Assembly: GCA_038087875.1 (NCBI GenBank)
Contig: CM075994.1
Span: forward strand, 11,658,001 to 11,722,000
Direction of reading: 5' to 3'
DNA length: 64,000 nucleotides
Source of the DNA: Malacoraja senta
Lineage: Eukaryota
This document shows, piece by piece, positions 26,790 to 39,874 of this stretch. The position numbers and the translations under genes are program-made. Under the pieces are notes generated by a model that made no database searches, had not been told where the DNA came from, and saw only the letters and a program-made list of their open reading frames with translations. Position 1 is the first letter of the stretch. Each line of letters opens with the position of its first letter.

Positions 26790-27690
26790 GTCATTATAAG
26801 TTCATAAGGGAATTAGGCCATTTGGCCCATCATGTACAATCCGCCATTCAATATTAGCAGATCTATCTACCCATCCTAAGCTAATTTACTTGTCGTTCTC
26901 CCCATAACCCCTGATACCCGTAGTAACCAATAATCTATCTATCTCTGCCTTGAAAATATCTATTGACGGCCTACACAGCCTTCTATGGTAATGAAATCCA
27001 CAGATTCACCACAATTGTATGTGAAACAATCCTCCTCATCTCCTTCCTAAAGGAACGTCCTTTAATTCTGTGGGCATGCCCTCTGGTCCTAGTTTCCCCC
27101 ACTAGTGGAAGCATATCCTCCACATCCACTCGATCAAGACTTTCACTATTCGGTAAGTTTCAATAAGGTCCTCCCATATATTTGTAAATGCCAGCGAACA
27201 GAGGCCCAGTGCCGTCAAAATCTGATCATATGTTAACCCAATCATTCCTGGAACAATTTTCATAAACCTCCTCTGGACCCTCTCCAAAATAAATGCGGAC
27301 TGACCGGCGCCTTATAAAGCCTCAGCATTACATCTCTGTTTTTTATTCTAGTCCCCTTTAAATAAATGCTAGCATTGCGTTTGTCTTCCTTACTACCGAT
27401 TCGATTTGCAAATGAACTTTTTCGGAATTCTGCATCAGCACGCTAAAGTCCTTTTGCACTTCCGATTTCTGGATTATCTTCCCATTTAAAAAATACCCTA
27501 CGCCTTTATTCCTACTACTAAAATGCAGGACTCTACACTTTGCTACACTGTATTCCATCTACCACTTATCTGCCCACGCTCTCAATCTGTCTTAAGTCCT
27601 TTTGCAGAGTTCCTACCTTCTCCACACTACCTGCCCCTCCACCGATTTTCGTAAATCTGCAAACTTGACCAGAAAGCATTCAATTTCCTC
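26790..27690 (-). mobile_element. Decayed CR1 3' part (duplicated at ~33880-34725)
   Basis: ERVQRRF, DLIETYRI and KCRVLHF fragments. Confidence 0.8.
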
Positions 27691-27977
27691 GTCCAAATTA
27701 TCCTTTATTCAAATTGTTCCCATGCACAAGGCCTATTCGTCTTTAGGTAGCGTCCATGTTTGCCCGGGTTAATCAGTTTCGAGCGTTTTCGTTCTATGGC
27801 AAGTGAGCTATATGTTCTCTCTGCATATTTCACTTTCTCATTTGTACCACATCTAAATCGTCGGGGCAGTGTTTGGCAATTGCACTAGAAATGGACGTTA
27901 CTTTCTCCATACATGGATCGCGTCTTCCATACGGTCCTGGAGGTCTCGTGACTTAGATTTGAATCTGGAATTAGGTA

Positions 27978-28365
27978 GGCACGGTGGCGCAGCGGGAGAG
28001 TTGCTGCCTTGCATCGACCGAGGCCAACGGGTGCTACCGGAACGGAGTTTGTGCGTTCTCCCGGTAACTTGCGTTGGTTTTCTCCGGTATGTCCAGTTTC
28101 CTCCCACTCTCCAAATACGTACGGGTTGTCATCAATGTTTCAATCTTAAATTTTCCCTTGTGTGTGTAAGGTAGAGTTAATGTGCGGGAGTCGCTGGTCG
28201 GCGCGGACTCGTTGGGCCGAAGACCCTGTTTCCGCGCTGTATATCTAAACTAGACTAAACTAATCTACACTAAACTGAATTAAACTCAACTCAACTCAAC
28301 CCAATTCAACTAAACTAAACTAAACTAAACTAAACTAAACTAAACTAAACTAAGCTAAACTAAAT
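27978..28365 (+). mobile_element. HE1-like V-SINE with (AAACT)n tail
   Basis: GGCACGGTGGCGCAGCGG head, GGAGTTTG..GTTCTCCC...GGTTTTCTCCGG..TTTCCTCCCAC central domain, and a CR1-like GGGCCGAA..CCTGTTTCCGCGCTGTAT tail. Related copies at ~3440-3600, 4750-4985(-), 31520-31820, 34895-35215, 36470-36580, 39640-39820(-), 44700-45040(-) and 59870-60095. Confidence 0.8.
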
Positions 28366-28971
28366 AAATGTATAAGAAAGAACTGCAGATGCTGGATTAA
28401 AAGGTAGACACAAAATGCTGGAGTAACTCAGCGAGACAGGCAGCATATACCCATTCCTTCTCGAGAGAAAGAGACGGTTATGCAAAAAATGCAGAACAAA
28501 TGAATAAAAGATATGCCTAAAAGTAACGATGATAAAGGAAAAATGCCAGTATTAGCTGTGGCCGAGGTGAAAACGAATTCAGTAATGACTTTGCAATTTT
28601 CTCTGATGTTTGTGATTCTGTATTATATTTAGTTTAAGGCCCGACATTTTATTTGAGGCGTCGTGCTCTTTAAAGTAACACGTTTTGTGACAGTATTATC
28701 TTAAAGCATAGGTAAATTGCTCTCAAAATCGTATATCGATTGCCTTTGCTGGGGATGTGACAATATTGGTTATGTTTTCAAGGGAAATAGAAAACATAAT
28801 TTTACAAATTGTAAATAACTCGGTTCAAGGTGCACAATTTGGCGGCGTCCACAATATACTCCAATATATTTAATTCATTTGTTACTTATTCCAGTTCACA
28901 GACAAGCATAATTATTTAAATGTTTGTTCCGTTGCCATTTATTTCTGCCTTATTATCAGTGAGGTCGATCT

Positions 28972-30319
28972 ATAACCGAGTTCGCTATTCCGACTGCGCA
29001 TGCCCAGGTCATAGGTCACTTGGTATAAACAATCTCGGCCACGGTGGTGCTGCGTTGTGTGCAGGCATGCGTTTCGTCCGTGGTCGGGGCCGGGCCTGGC
29101 TCTCCGGCGCTGCGTGCGCTGTTGAGTTGCCGCAGGACCGTCTCCGTCCAATCCCGGATATCTCGTCCCTGTCCAGTGGTGTCCGGTGGCCCTGGGCTGG
29201 CGGGGCGGCCCTGGAGTTGCAGCGGGCGCTGCAGCCGGTGGCTCCAGCTCGGCTCTCCCTGCCCTGCCCGGTTGTCCGGGAGCCCTCCACCTCCACCCCA
29301 CTCCCCTCAGTCCGACACCGAGATCCTGCTGAAGATGGGCAGCCGCCGGCCCTGCGCGAAGACGGGCGACACAGAGCCGCTGCTGCTGGATTTGTCCTGG
29401 TCGGAGAGAGAGTCTGTGGACGGGTTCCTGCCGGCCATGGGCAGGCCGGGCGCCTGCTGGAGCTGTTGGTCCTGATGGTGATGGTGATGCCCCCCCCCTC
29501 CCTTGCCCAGACCCAAACCCAGAGTCCGGGCCAGCTCCAACTCCAGGTCGGGGCTGCGCGGCCCAGTCGAGCGCCGGGCCGGAGGAGTCCGAGCCCAGGT
29601 TGGCGCTCTGGCGCAGGTGACACCGGGCCCGGAGTTGTCGCTTCTTCCCCGCGCTGGCTGTGGGCCTGGGACACTGTTGTCGTCGGTCCAGCCGGGATTG
29701 TCGGTTAGCCAGGCGGGAGAGGCGAGAGTGAGCTGGGGTCGGCGCTTCTCCGCGCTGGCTGTGGGCCTGGGGGCCGGTGTCCCGTCAGTCCGGACGTCTC
29801 CAGCCGCCCCCCCCCCCCGGCGGGGATGGGACATTCGAGGATTATTATTATTGGACTATATTTGTTTATTTTTGAATATGTGTGAATCTGTACATATACA
29901 CTCTCAACCTTTTGTTTCTCCAGTTGTGTACTATGTTTACATATTCTGTTGTGCTGCAGAAAGTAAGAATGTCATTGTCCTTTCTGGGACATATGACAAT
30001 AAAACACTCTTGACTCTTGAATGGGGGGACGTCCAGTGGCTTGCGGCGCCGAGGACCCGGGTTCGATCTTGGCTGTGGATGAGGCGCGGTTCTCTGTGCG
30101 TGCGGCTGCCGAGATTGTCTCCGCATCCCCCCGGTTCCCCACTCGCATCTGCCCCTTCTATCTGCCTCCTGACAAATACAAGCTTGAAAAAAGACAAAAA
30201 ATTGGACCCAAACTATACTCACTCTGTCTACAGCGCTTCGTTCGATATTTAATCATAGCATTTGACCTTTGACATCTCCCAGGATTCCTTGTGTATATCG
30301 GTATACCGAACTCGCTTAT
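28972..30319. mobile_element. Non-autonomous element with terminal inverted repeats (DNA-transposon-like; superfamily undetermined) carrying a captured gene fragment
   Basis: 28972-28993 ATAACCGAGTTCGCTATTCCGA matches the reverse complement of 30298-30319 (ATAAGCGAGTTCGGTATACCGA) at 19/22 positions. The element is absent from the paralogous empty site at ~35812-35816. No transposase is visible. Confidence 0.75.
29307..29834 (-). pseudogene. ZFP36: 175-aa ORF ending in a ZFP36/tristetraprolin-family C-terminus (CNOT1-binding motif), no CCCH zinc fingers
   Basis: The C-terminus DSLSDQDKSSSSGSVSPVFAQGRRLPIFSRISVSD* matches the TTP-family pattern DSLSD...S-rich...SPVF...RRLPIFxR(I/L)S(V/I)S(D/E)-stop. 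Homology is evident only for roughly the last 45-85 aa. Confidence 0.7.
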
Positions 30320-30372
30320 TATATCTTTAAAATATTTGGCGAGATACCAGGGATAAATGGAATTAGTTATAA

Positions 30373-31102
<730 letters not shown>

Positions 31103-33879
31103 AAAACAGAAACAAACGCGGGAGTTTAATAGCCTGTCAAAACAACACTAGATCCTTAGGGGCTATTTGCAGGGGACATTTGTCGTACAAACCCGTACTC
31201 CATTGCGACGTTGAAGGAAACGGAAAACCCGATGGAAACTCAGGCCGTTACGAGGAGAAACTGGAAACTGCACACGGAGAGTATCAGATGGTTGGATCTA
31301 GGCCCGGTTCTCGGGAGCTTTTCACCACACTGTGCCGCCACTCAATACCATTCAAACAAAACACCCGAGTCTTGTTCATAATAGCCGAGGTCTTCAATCC
31401 ATCCGAACTCTAGAGCACGCTACCAAAGCATTATCAACACACCACTTGTCCAACATTCTCGGCGACTGCTGCACAATTATCAAAGACGCACACCTCTCAA
31501 TCCTTTGACCGCACTTTGGTACGGCGGCACGGTGCCATGGAGGTAGAGGGCCAGCGAACAGGGTTCGATCCTGACTACGGGTGCTTATCTTAACGGCGTT
31601 GTATGTTCTCCCCGTAAACTGCGCGGGTTTTCTCCGAGATCTTCGATTTCCTCCCACACTTCAGAGACGTACAGGTTTGTAGGTTAATTGGCTTGGGATT
31701 GATGTAAATTGTTCCTCACGTCTATAGGATGGTGTCAATGTGCGGGTTTTGCCGGTCGGTGCAGACTCGGTTGGCCGAATGGCCTGTTTTCACGCTGTAT
31801 CTCTACAGTGAACTAAAACTAAATCTGGTCGCCAGGCTGCGCTTCCACTCCCTGCTTCCAAAGAGATATTGAAAGGAGGATTCTAAACCTAATCTAACAT
31901 CTACGAATCGCAGTATGTATTCTGCTTCTAGACCAGTTCAAGCGTGATTCGTGAACACGTTGCATGTGCCTGTGTTATACATTAAACACATACGTGATGA
32001 TACAGCTTGTGTGATCGCATATTCTTGATTTGGTGTTACATATAGCTCACAATGGCAGGCACAAAATGGCATCTCAATGAGCAGTATTGAGATTCTCAAA
32101 CAAATCCGTTTATTCAAGGCATTAACCATGTATACTGCGAACCCTTCTGAGAGAATCCAGAGTGTTCAAACGATCATAGCACCTACAGGCTTCAATCTCT
32201 AAATGCTACCCATATCCATTTGAGACAAGGCATTGCTCCATTTTAGAAAGGGAAATCATCTCACATCGAATTCAAGTTAAACCTCTTTCGATGATGAGTT
32301 ATATTTTAGTTTTGCTAAAGAAGCAATGATAGCAACATGAACTTTACCATGTAGTGCCCATTTATTGCGCCTGGTGCGCCTGACCATGGCTTTCAGAAAG
32401 CAGATTCAGAATGCCTTCTCCCACGAAGACACATAATATACTCGTGCTGTTGAATCGCAGATGCATGCTGAAAATACAAACGTTTACTTGTAATTATTAT
32501 TCTCCCAGTCAGTGTCGATAAGTTGTTCCCTTTGCATAAAGGACAGCCACTTTGCCTTTTGTTGAAGTTGTTTTACGATACCGTTGACTTTTACATAAAT
32601 TCCCACACCAGATAAATCTTAAATTTCTCTGTGATTTTTAAATCGTATCTAATTTCTCCCGTTCTCGACAGTTCTGTTCTCATCTTTCATTTTGAACGTA
32701 TTTATTATTGTTCTCTGTTCGTTACTCTCCGTAATATTTTCCTCTTCAACTCATCCTTCCATGTAAAATGTTGCTCTACTTTGCTGAACTCTTCGACATC
32801 CTGATGCCTCCTGCTTCCCGCTTCATTGGTAACTACTGTCAACCTTTTCTTGTTATATTGCTACCATTGACCTTTCTGTTTGACTTGGACTTTCCAGCTT
32901 ACTGATTGGACTTACGGCCTTTTTGATTCCAGCGTTCACTTTTTTTCTAATAATGATAACTACTGCCCATTTACACTATGCCTTTTGATTTAGTGTCCGA
33001 TTTAACAATAGCCAAATTCAGTCTCATTTCACCAGTCTAAAGAGGGTCTCAACACGAAATATCGTCTGTCTGTTTCCTCACTAGATGCTGATTCAGCCAG
33101 TGAGTTCCCCAAGGAACATGTTTTGCTCAAGAATCCAGCATCCAGAATTTGAATGGATAATAACTTTAAATATGTTCTGTACCAATCTTTTATGGAGAGT
33201 TCACAGTTTGCTAATTCTCCGCTCGCTGGAAGATTATTACCTAGCCACTTCTCGTTGCACGGAACATGATCTAAGCAGCCCACTCCCCCAATGGAGTCCA
33301 AATATGTTGATAAGAATATCCATGTGCTGTGCATTCCATTCATTTATCGATCACGTTACCACTACTCGTTTGTCCAGTTTACATAGGTGTCCATTATTAT
33401 TGTGTCATCCTTCTTACAGGTGTCTCCCATTTTCCGATTTATTTTATGCCTTCTCTTAGTGCTGCCGTTCGGAAACCTGTAAACAAGTCCCTCGAGTATT
33501 TCCCTTTAGTTCTTTCTGAGCTCGACCAGTTTCGTAATTTTCCGAGCAAAATTGCTTCACCTCTACTTCACTATCCAGTGCCCATTTTATTTTTCTACTA
33601 GAATTTCCCCTTTTCAACATCAACGGGTATTCCATATAATCACTGTGAAATTGATAACCCGTGATGCACATTATATGTTTTTCACCAGTCACTTGCAGTT
33701 CTGACCAATTAAACATTTTCACCAACATGAAATACTGATGTTAAGCTTCTATACTGAACTTTACTCGTTGGGCCCGACGCACGGTCCCTCCTATCAGTGC
33801 TATCCTTACGTCATCATGTGATCTTTCGTTCTAATGCTCTTCCCGACTTCGTAAATAAATTAAATCTTGTATCAAGAAG

Positions 33880-34725
33880 CCGTTATAAGTGCATGAGGGA
33901 ATTAGGCCATTTGGCCCATCAAATACACCCCGTCATTTAATATTAGCAAATCTATCTCTCCATCCAAACCCAATTTTCTTGCGTTCTCCCCCATAACCCC
34001 TGACATCTGTACTAACCACGAATCTATCTATCTCTGCCTTGAAAATAACTATTCACGTCCTGCACAGCCTTCTGTGGCAATAAATCCCACTGCTTCACCA
34101 CCCTTTGACGAGAAATAATCCGCCTCATCCCCTTCCCTAAAGGGAACGTGCTTTAATTCTGAGGCTGTGACCTCTGGCCCTCGTCTCATCCACTAGTGGA
34201 AACATCCTCTTCACATCCACTCTATCCAGGCCTTTCACTGTTCGCTAAGTTTCAATGAGGGCCTCCCTCATCCTTTCCAACCTCCAGTTAGCAGTGGCCC
34301 AGTACCGACAGATGCTTGTCATATGTTAACCACTAATTCCTGGATCAATTTTCATAAACCTCCTCTGGACCCTCTCCAGCACAAATGTGGCGTAACCAGC
34401 GCCTTATAAAGCCTCAGCAGTACATCCTGTTTTTTTAAATTACATTTCTCTTGAAATAAATGCGAGCATTGCATTTGCTTTCCTACTACTGATTCGACTT
34501 GCAAATTCACATTTCGGGAATCGTGCACCAGCACTCCCAAGTCCCTTCACGCCTCCGATTTCTGGACTCTCCCCATTTAGAAAATAGTCGACGTCTTTAC
34601 CAAAATGCATGACTCCACACGTTGCTATGTATTCCATCTGGCATTTCTCTGCCCACTCTCCCAACCCGTCTAAGTCCTGCATCCTCTTCGCGTATTTTCG
34701 CATTATATGCAAACTTGGCATAAAT
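33880..34725 (-). mobile_element. Decayed CR1 3' part (paralog of 26790-27690)
   Basis: LGEWAEKCQMEY and LRLYKALV fragments, in the same flanking context as the first copy. Confidence 0.8.
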
Positions 34726-34894
34726 TATCCTGTATTCAGTATGTTCCCGTGTAATAGACTTATCCTTCTTTGGTTAACGTCCACCTAGTCCAGGTCAATT
34801 ATATAGAGATGGACGCTGCTTACTCCATACATGGATCTCGTCTTCCATAATGTCCTGGAGGGCTCGTGACTTAGATTTGAATCATGGATTAGGG

Positions 34895-35215
34895 CGCCAC
34901 GGTGGCGCAGCGATAAGGTTGCTTCCTTACAGAAACAGAGACCCGGGTTCGATCCCGACTACGCCTGCTGCCTGCACGGAGGATGATCGTTCTTCCCGTA
35001 ACCTGCGTAGGTTCTCTCCGGGATGTCCAGTTTCCTCCCATATTCCAAAGATTTAAGGGTTTGTACATTAATTGGGATGGTATAAATGAATAAATGTAAA
35101 ATTGTCCCTTGTTTGTGCGGGATGGTGTTAATGTGCGGGGCTCACTGGTCGGCACGGACTCGGTAGGCCGAAAGGCCAGTTTCCGCGCTGTATCTCTAAA
35201 CTAAGCTAAATTAAA
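34895..35215 (+). mobile_element. HE1-like V-SINE
   Basis: Head CACGGTGGCGCAGCG, B box GGTTCGATCCC, V-domain and CR1-like tail. Paralog of 27978-28365 within the local duplication. Confidence 0.8.
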
Positions 35216-35871
35216 TTAATAAATATTGGCATAGTATATTAGTTATAGGCAACCTGAGTCTTATGTAGTTATTTCTTGATTAGTACGGGTGTCAGGGGAT
35301 AAGGGGAAGAGGCGGGAGAATGATGTTAGGAAGCAGAGTAGAGTAGAAGGAAAGATATGCAAACAAATAATGATGATGAACAGGCCATTGTCAGCTGTGG
35401 CCTCGGTGAAAGCGAATTCAGTAATGACTTTGCACTTTTCTCTGAGGTTTGCGATTCTGAATTGTATTTAGTGTAAGGCCCGACATTTCAATTGAGGCAT
35501 CGTGTGCTTCCAAGTAACACGTTGTCTGACAGTATTATCTTAAAGAGTAGATACATTGATCTCATCATCGTATATCGATCGTTCTAGCTGGGGATGTGAC
35601 GAGATATTGCTTATGTTTTCAACGGAAATGTAAAACATGACTTTACAAATTATGAATATCTCGGTTCTACGTGAGCAATTTGGTGGCGTCTGCAATATAT
35701 TCCAATGTATTAAATGTATTTATTACTTATTCCAATTCAAAGACTAGCAGAACTATTTAAATGTTCGTTCCGTTGTGATTTATTTTTGCCATAATATTAG
35801 TGACGACAATCTATTAGATCTTTGCAATGTTTTTTCGAGATAGTGAGGATATATGTAATTCGTTATATTCG

Positions 35872-36255
<384 letters not shown>

Positions 36256-37789
36256 CAGCTATATTTAGCCGGGAAATATCTCAACCATTATGACAGGGAG
36301 AGAGACAATATATGTGTTATGCAATCTGTGGGTAAAATGAGAACATGTGTTCAAATACGCAGATAGAAATCTAGAAAATATGGGTTCACACAAAAGTTGC
36401 AAAACAGAAACTTAAACGCGGGAGCTTAATAGCCTGTCATAGTAACACTACATCTATGTTATCCCACTGCCGACACGGTGTCGTAACGGTAGAGCTACTG
36501 CCTTACAGGGCCAGCGAACCGGGTTCTATCCTTACTACAGGTGCTTATCTTTACGGAGTTTGTACGTTCTCCCGTAACCTTATTGATTTTATGCTTTGCA
36601 TTTGCGCAATGTGGGATATGACCAGTAAGTCTGTAGATGTCTAAAAAATGATGGTATTGTTCACAGTGAGGAAGATAATTATTGGCTGCAATATGATATT
36701 TGGTTAAAATGGCTGAGCAATGGTAGATGCAATTTAATCCAGATAATTGTGAAGTTATGTACTTTGGAAAGATTAATTAGCATAGGGCGTTTTTATTTTG
36801 CGTATAGGTATGGAAGTTCAATTACAGGGACCATGGGCAGGGAATGAGGAAGCTGCAGGAGAGTTTTGCCAGAACGCTGCCCGCATTAGTGGTTATCAAC
36901 TCTAAGGAGATGTTTTAGAGAATGTTCTCTTTAACCTGCACCTTGCATCTCACTTTCACCTGGGACCTACTTGTCCTGTTAGTGACAGCTGAGAACGGCA
37001 GACATACGAAGACATCTCAACGAGCAGTGGCGAGTTTTTCAAACGTCAGTTTATTCAAGATCTTAATAGTTTCTACTTCGAAAAACCCAGAGTTCAGTCA
37101 CTCACAGCGCCGACAGTTTTTTTTATAACTGATGATACAATGATTACATGTGGATTTTATTTGTTGTCATAATGCTTCAATGAACAAAGTATCCTTGTTG
37201 CCTTCCTTCCTTGTACCTCCTCCCCACCCTCACACCCGAATTATTTTAACCTTCGCCAGAGTTTTCCAGGCCAATTCTCCATCCAACTTTCGAAGTCTTC
37301 ATCCCGCGGCATCCAGCTTTGTGAACTGTAACTATGGGAGCTGGCCAAAGGCTTCCCTTAAGTTTATGCCAATTACATCAAGTACACTGTGTCATCAATG
37401 CCTCATTGCCTCTGAAAGAGTGAAATAAAAAAGTCAAACATAATCTTCTGCAAAAAGCGACTGCCTTTGTCCAAGTAATCCTGACTTTCCAAGTGGACGG
37501 CTCTGTGCCACCGCTGCTGGAGACGTTAATCGGCGTCTGTAAATTGCCCATCAGAGCGCTCTCTTTTAGAACTACCGTGAATGGCCGGTAGATGGCGTGG
37601 ACTCGGTGGGACTGTTTCTACGCTTCATCTTTCCATCAATGTAATCAACACACATCTTCTTCGATCCGATCCAATAACGTCACTATCACTGATATCTGAC
37701 TGTTACACCTGCTGTTACACCTGCATAACTATATCACATGTGCTGTTCTTCAGCAATCCAGAGCAGAGTAGAAATGCGGGTCGCAGATG

Positions 37790-38800
37790 AGACGTGAGTG
37801 GGGGGATCAATTTATGACATCACCGGGGTAACCACGTCCACTGAAGAATAAGGACAAACTTGGGAGTCCTCAACTAGAAAGCCTCGTCCTGGGAGCAGAT
37901 GTGGCGGAGACGGAGTTTAGAGGATAACGTCCTTGCAAGAGGCAGTGTGGGAGGAAGGGTAGTCCGGATAATCGTGGCACTCGGGAGGACTTCAGTAAAC
38001 ATCAATCGTTAGTCTCTCCCCTCTGATGGAGATAAAATAACAAGTAAAGGGGAAATAAGTGGCAGAGATAATCCAGATGAATTTGAGGGACGGTGGATCT
38101 TAGTGGTAAAGGGCATGAATCAACGAAACCTTCACGGATGCAGTCGGCAGTCCCGATGCAGACATAAATACAGCGGTAAAAGGGTTGGCGGATGGGGCCA
38201 GAGTACAAATGCAACAAGAATTGTCGAACGTAACCGAAAAAAGGCAGACATAGCTGGTGCCCATTCGAATGTACGTGGCATCCATTCACGCATTAAGTAC
38301 ACGCTTGACGTGGACAGAGTGAGAGGAGTCCAAAGTTGGCCAGGGCGCGAGAAATTCCCACCAGCGTAGGAGATTGTTAATAGAGGGACATTGAATGGGT
38401 CTCTGATCGAGGATGAACCGGGGGGCCTTGAGACAAAGTGAAGGATGGAGGACGGAAGGGACTGGACGTGCATGGTAAAAATTTGCATCGGATGTCTAGC
38501 AGCTGAAAGTTATTGAAGAAATAAAGGGTGCCTGAGTTGCCTTGGGCGTAGGTGGGAATGCAACGGACAAGGAGGGATGGGATAGAATCGAGGAAAGTGG
38601 AGATGAGTTCAGCGGAACAGGAGCAGGCAGAAACAATGGGTCTGCCAGGCCAGCCTGCATTGTAGATTTTTGGGTGGTGATGGAAGCGAGCATTGGGGAA
38701 CATGGTGGAGGTTATGGATAGCAGATCGTCAGAGGCGGTGAGATCAGAAACAGTCTGGGAGAGGATGGCCTGGTGATCGTCTGTGTGGTTATAGGCAAAT
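37790..38800 (-). mobile_element. Decayed Penelope-like retroelement RT fragment
   Basis: PKI...PGRPIVSACSC..ELIS..LDSI, FTM.VQSL and MGT.Y..LF motifs across frames. Confidence 0.75.
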
Positions 38801-39874
38801 GATACCTTTCCCATCAGGTAAAAGGTATAGAAGTGTCCAACACGCACTCCCACTATATTCAGGCAACTGAACCAATCTCCCACAACGGGAGAGCAATATT
38901 AAACTACTACCTATCTCTTTGATTCTCCGGCTATCCTTGATCCGACTTTGCTAGCTCCACATTGCACTAAACGATATTCTCTGATCATGTAAGAAACACT
39001 GTAAATTGATTACGCATTGTCTTTCTACTGACTGGTTAGCACGCAACAAAAGCTTTTCACTGTACCTCGGTCCCCTGTACAGTCCCCAGAAGCCTATGGA
39101 GACCGTCAATGGATATTTTTAAGGCCAATATAGATAGATTCTTGATTAGTACAGGTGTCAATGGTTATGAGGAGAATGCAGAAAAAAGGGGACTGGGAGG
39201 GAATGCAAGGTCAGCCATAATTGAACGACGGAGTGGACCTGATGGGCCGAATGGCCTGATTCAGCTCCAAGCACTTATGAACTAATGAACTGATGAACGC
39301 GAAGTTGTTGGGGCCGGCATCATGGAGCCCTCTGCATGGAACAGGGCCTGGAACCGATGTGAGAGCCGACAGATCCGGCCCGCTAATGTCCGGTTGTGAG
39401 GGAAGGAACGGTGGAGTCAATGGCACGGGCCCGCCGGCGGACGGAGTGTGGGGGTAAGGTCGTCAGTGGCGTGGACAGGCACAGCGGGATCGACGGGGGG
39501 AGCTGTGCAGGTAGGTGGAGCTTCACCGTCAGGAGGTTCGGCCTGGGAGTGGTGTCTGACGCCGGCTGCAGCTTCGACCGTGGGGGGCCTCAGAGTGTGT
39601 TTAGTTCTACGTTAGTCCACTTTCTAGTCCAATCCAGACAAAATTTGGACAATTTACAGACGCCCATAAAACCCACACAACTTTAGAATGTGGGAGGGAA
39701 CCGGGGCACATTGAGCAAATACACGACATATCAGGAATAACTTGTAAGTTCTACAACGACTGCACACAAGCTCAGAATCGAACCGGGATATTTCGCCTTG
39801 CGAGACAGCAACCGTACCAGCTTTCTTGGGCTGAAATTGGCACTGTTTGTCACTGCATGCAGGTTGTAATTCAA

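Noticed and set aside
28920..30252. Other overlapping GC-rich ORFs (262, 221, 249 and 143 aa)
   Set aside because: Stop codons are rare at high GC content. Only the 29307-29834 frame has a recognisable motif.
32450..32800. Possible decayed L1-type ORF1 on the minus strand
   Set aside because: The resemblance is too weak to support without a homology search.
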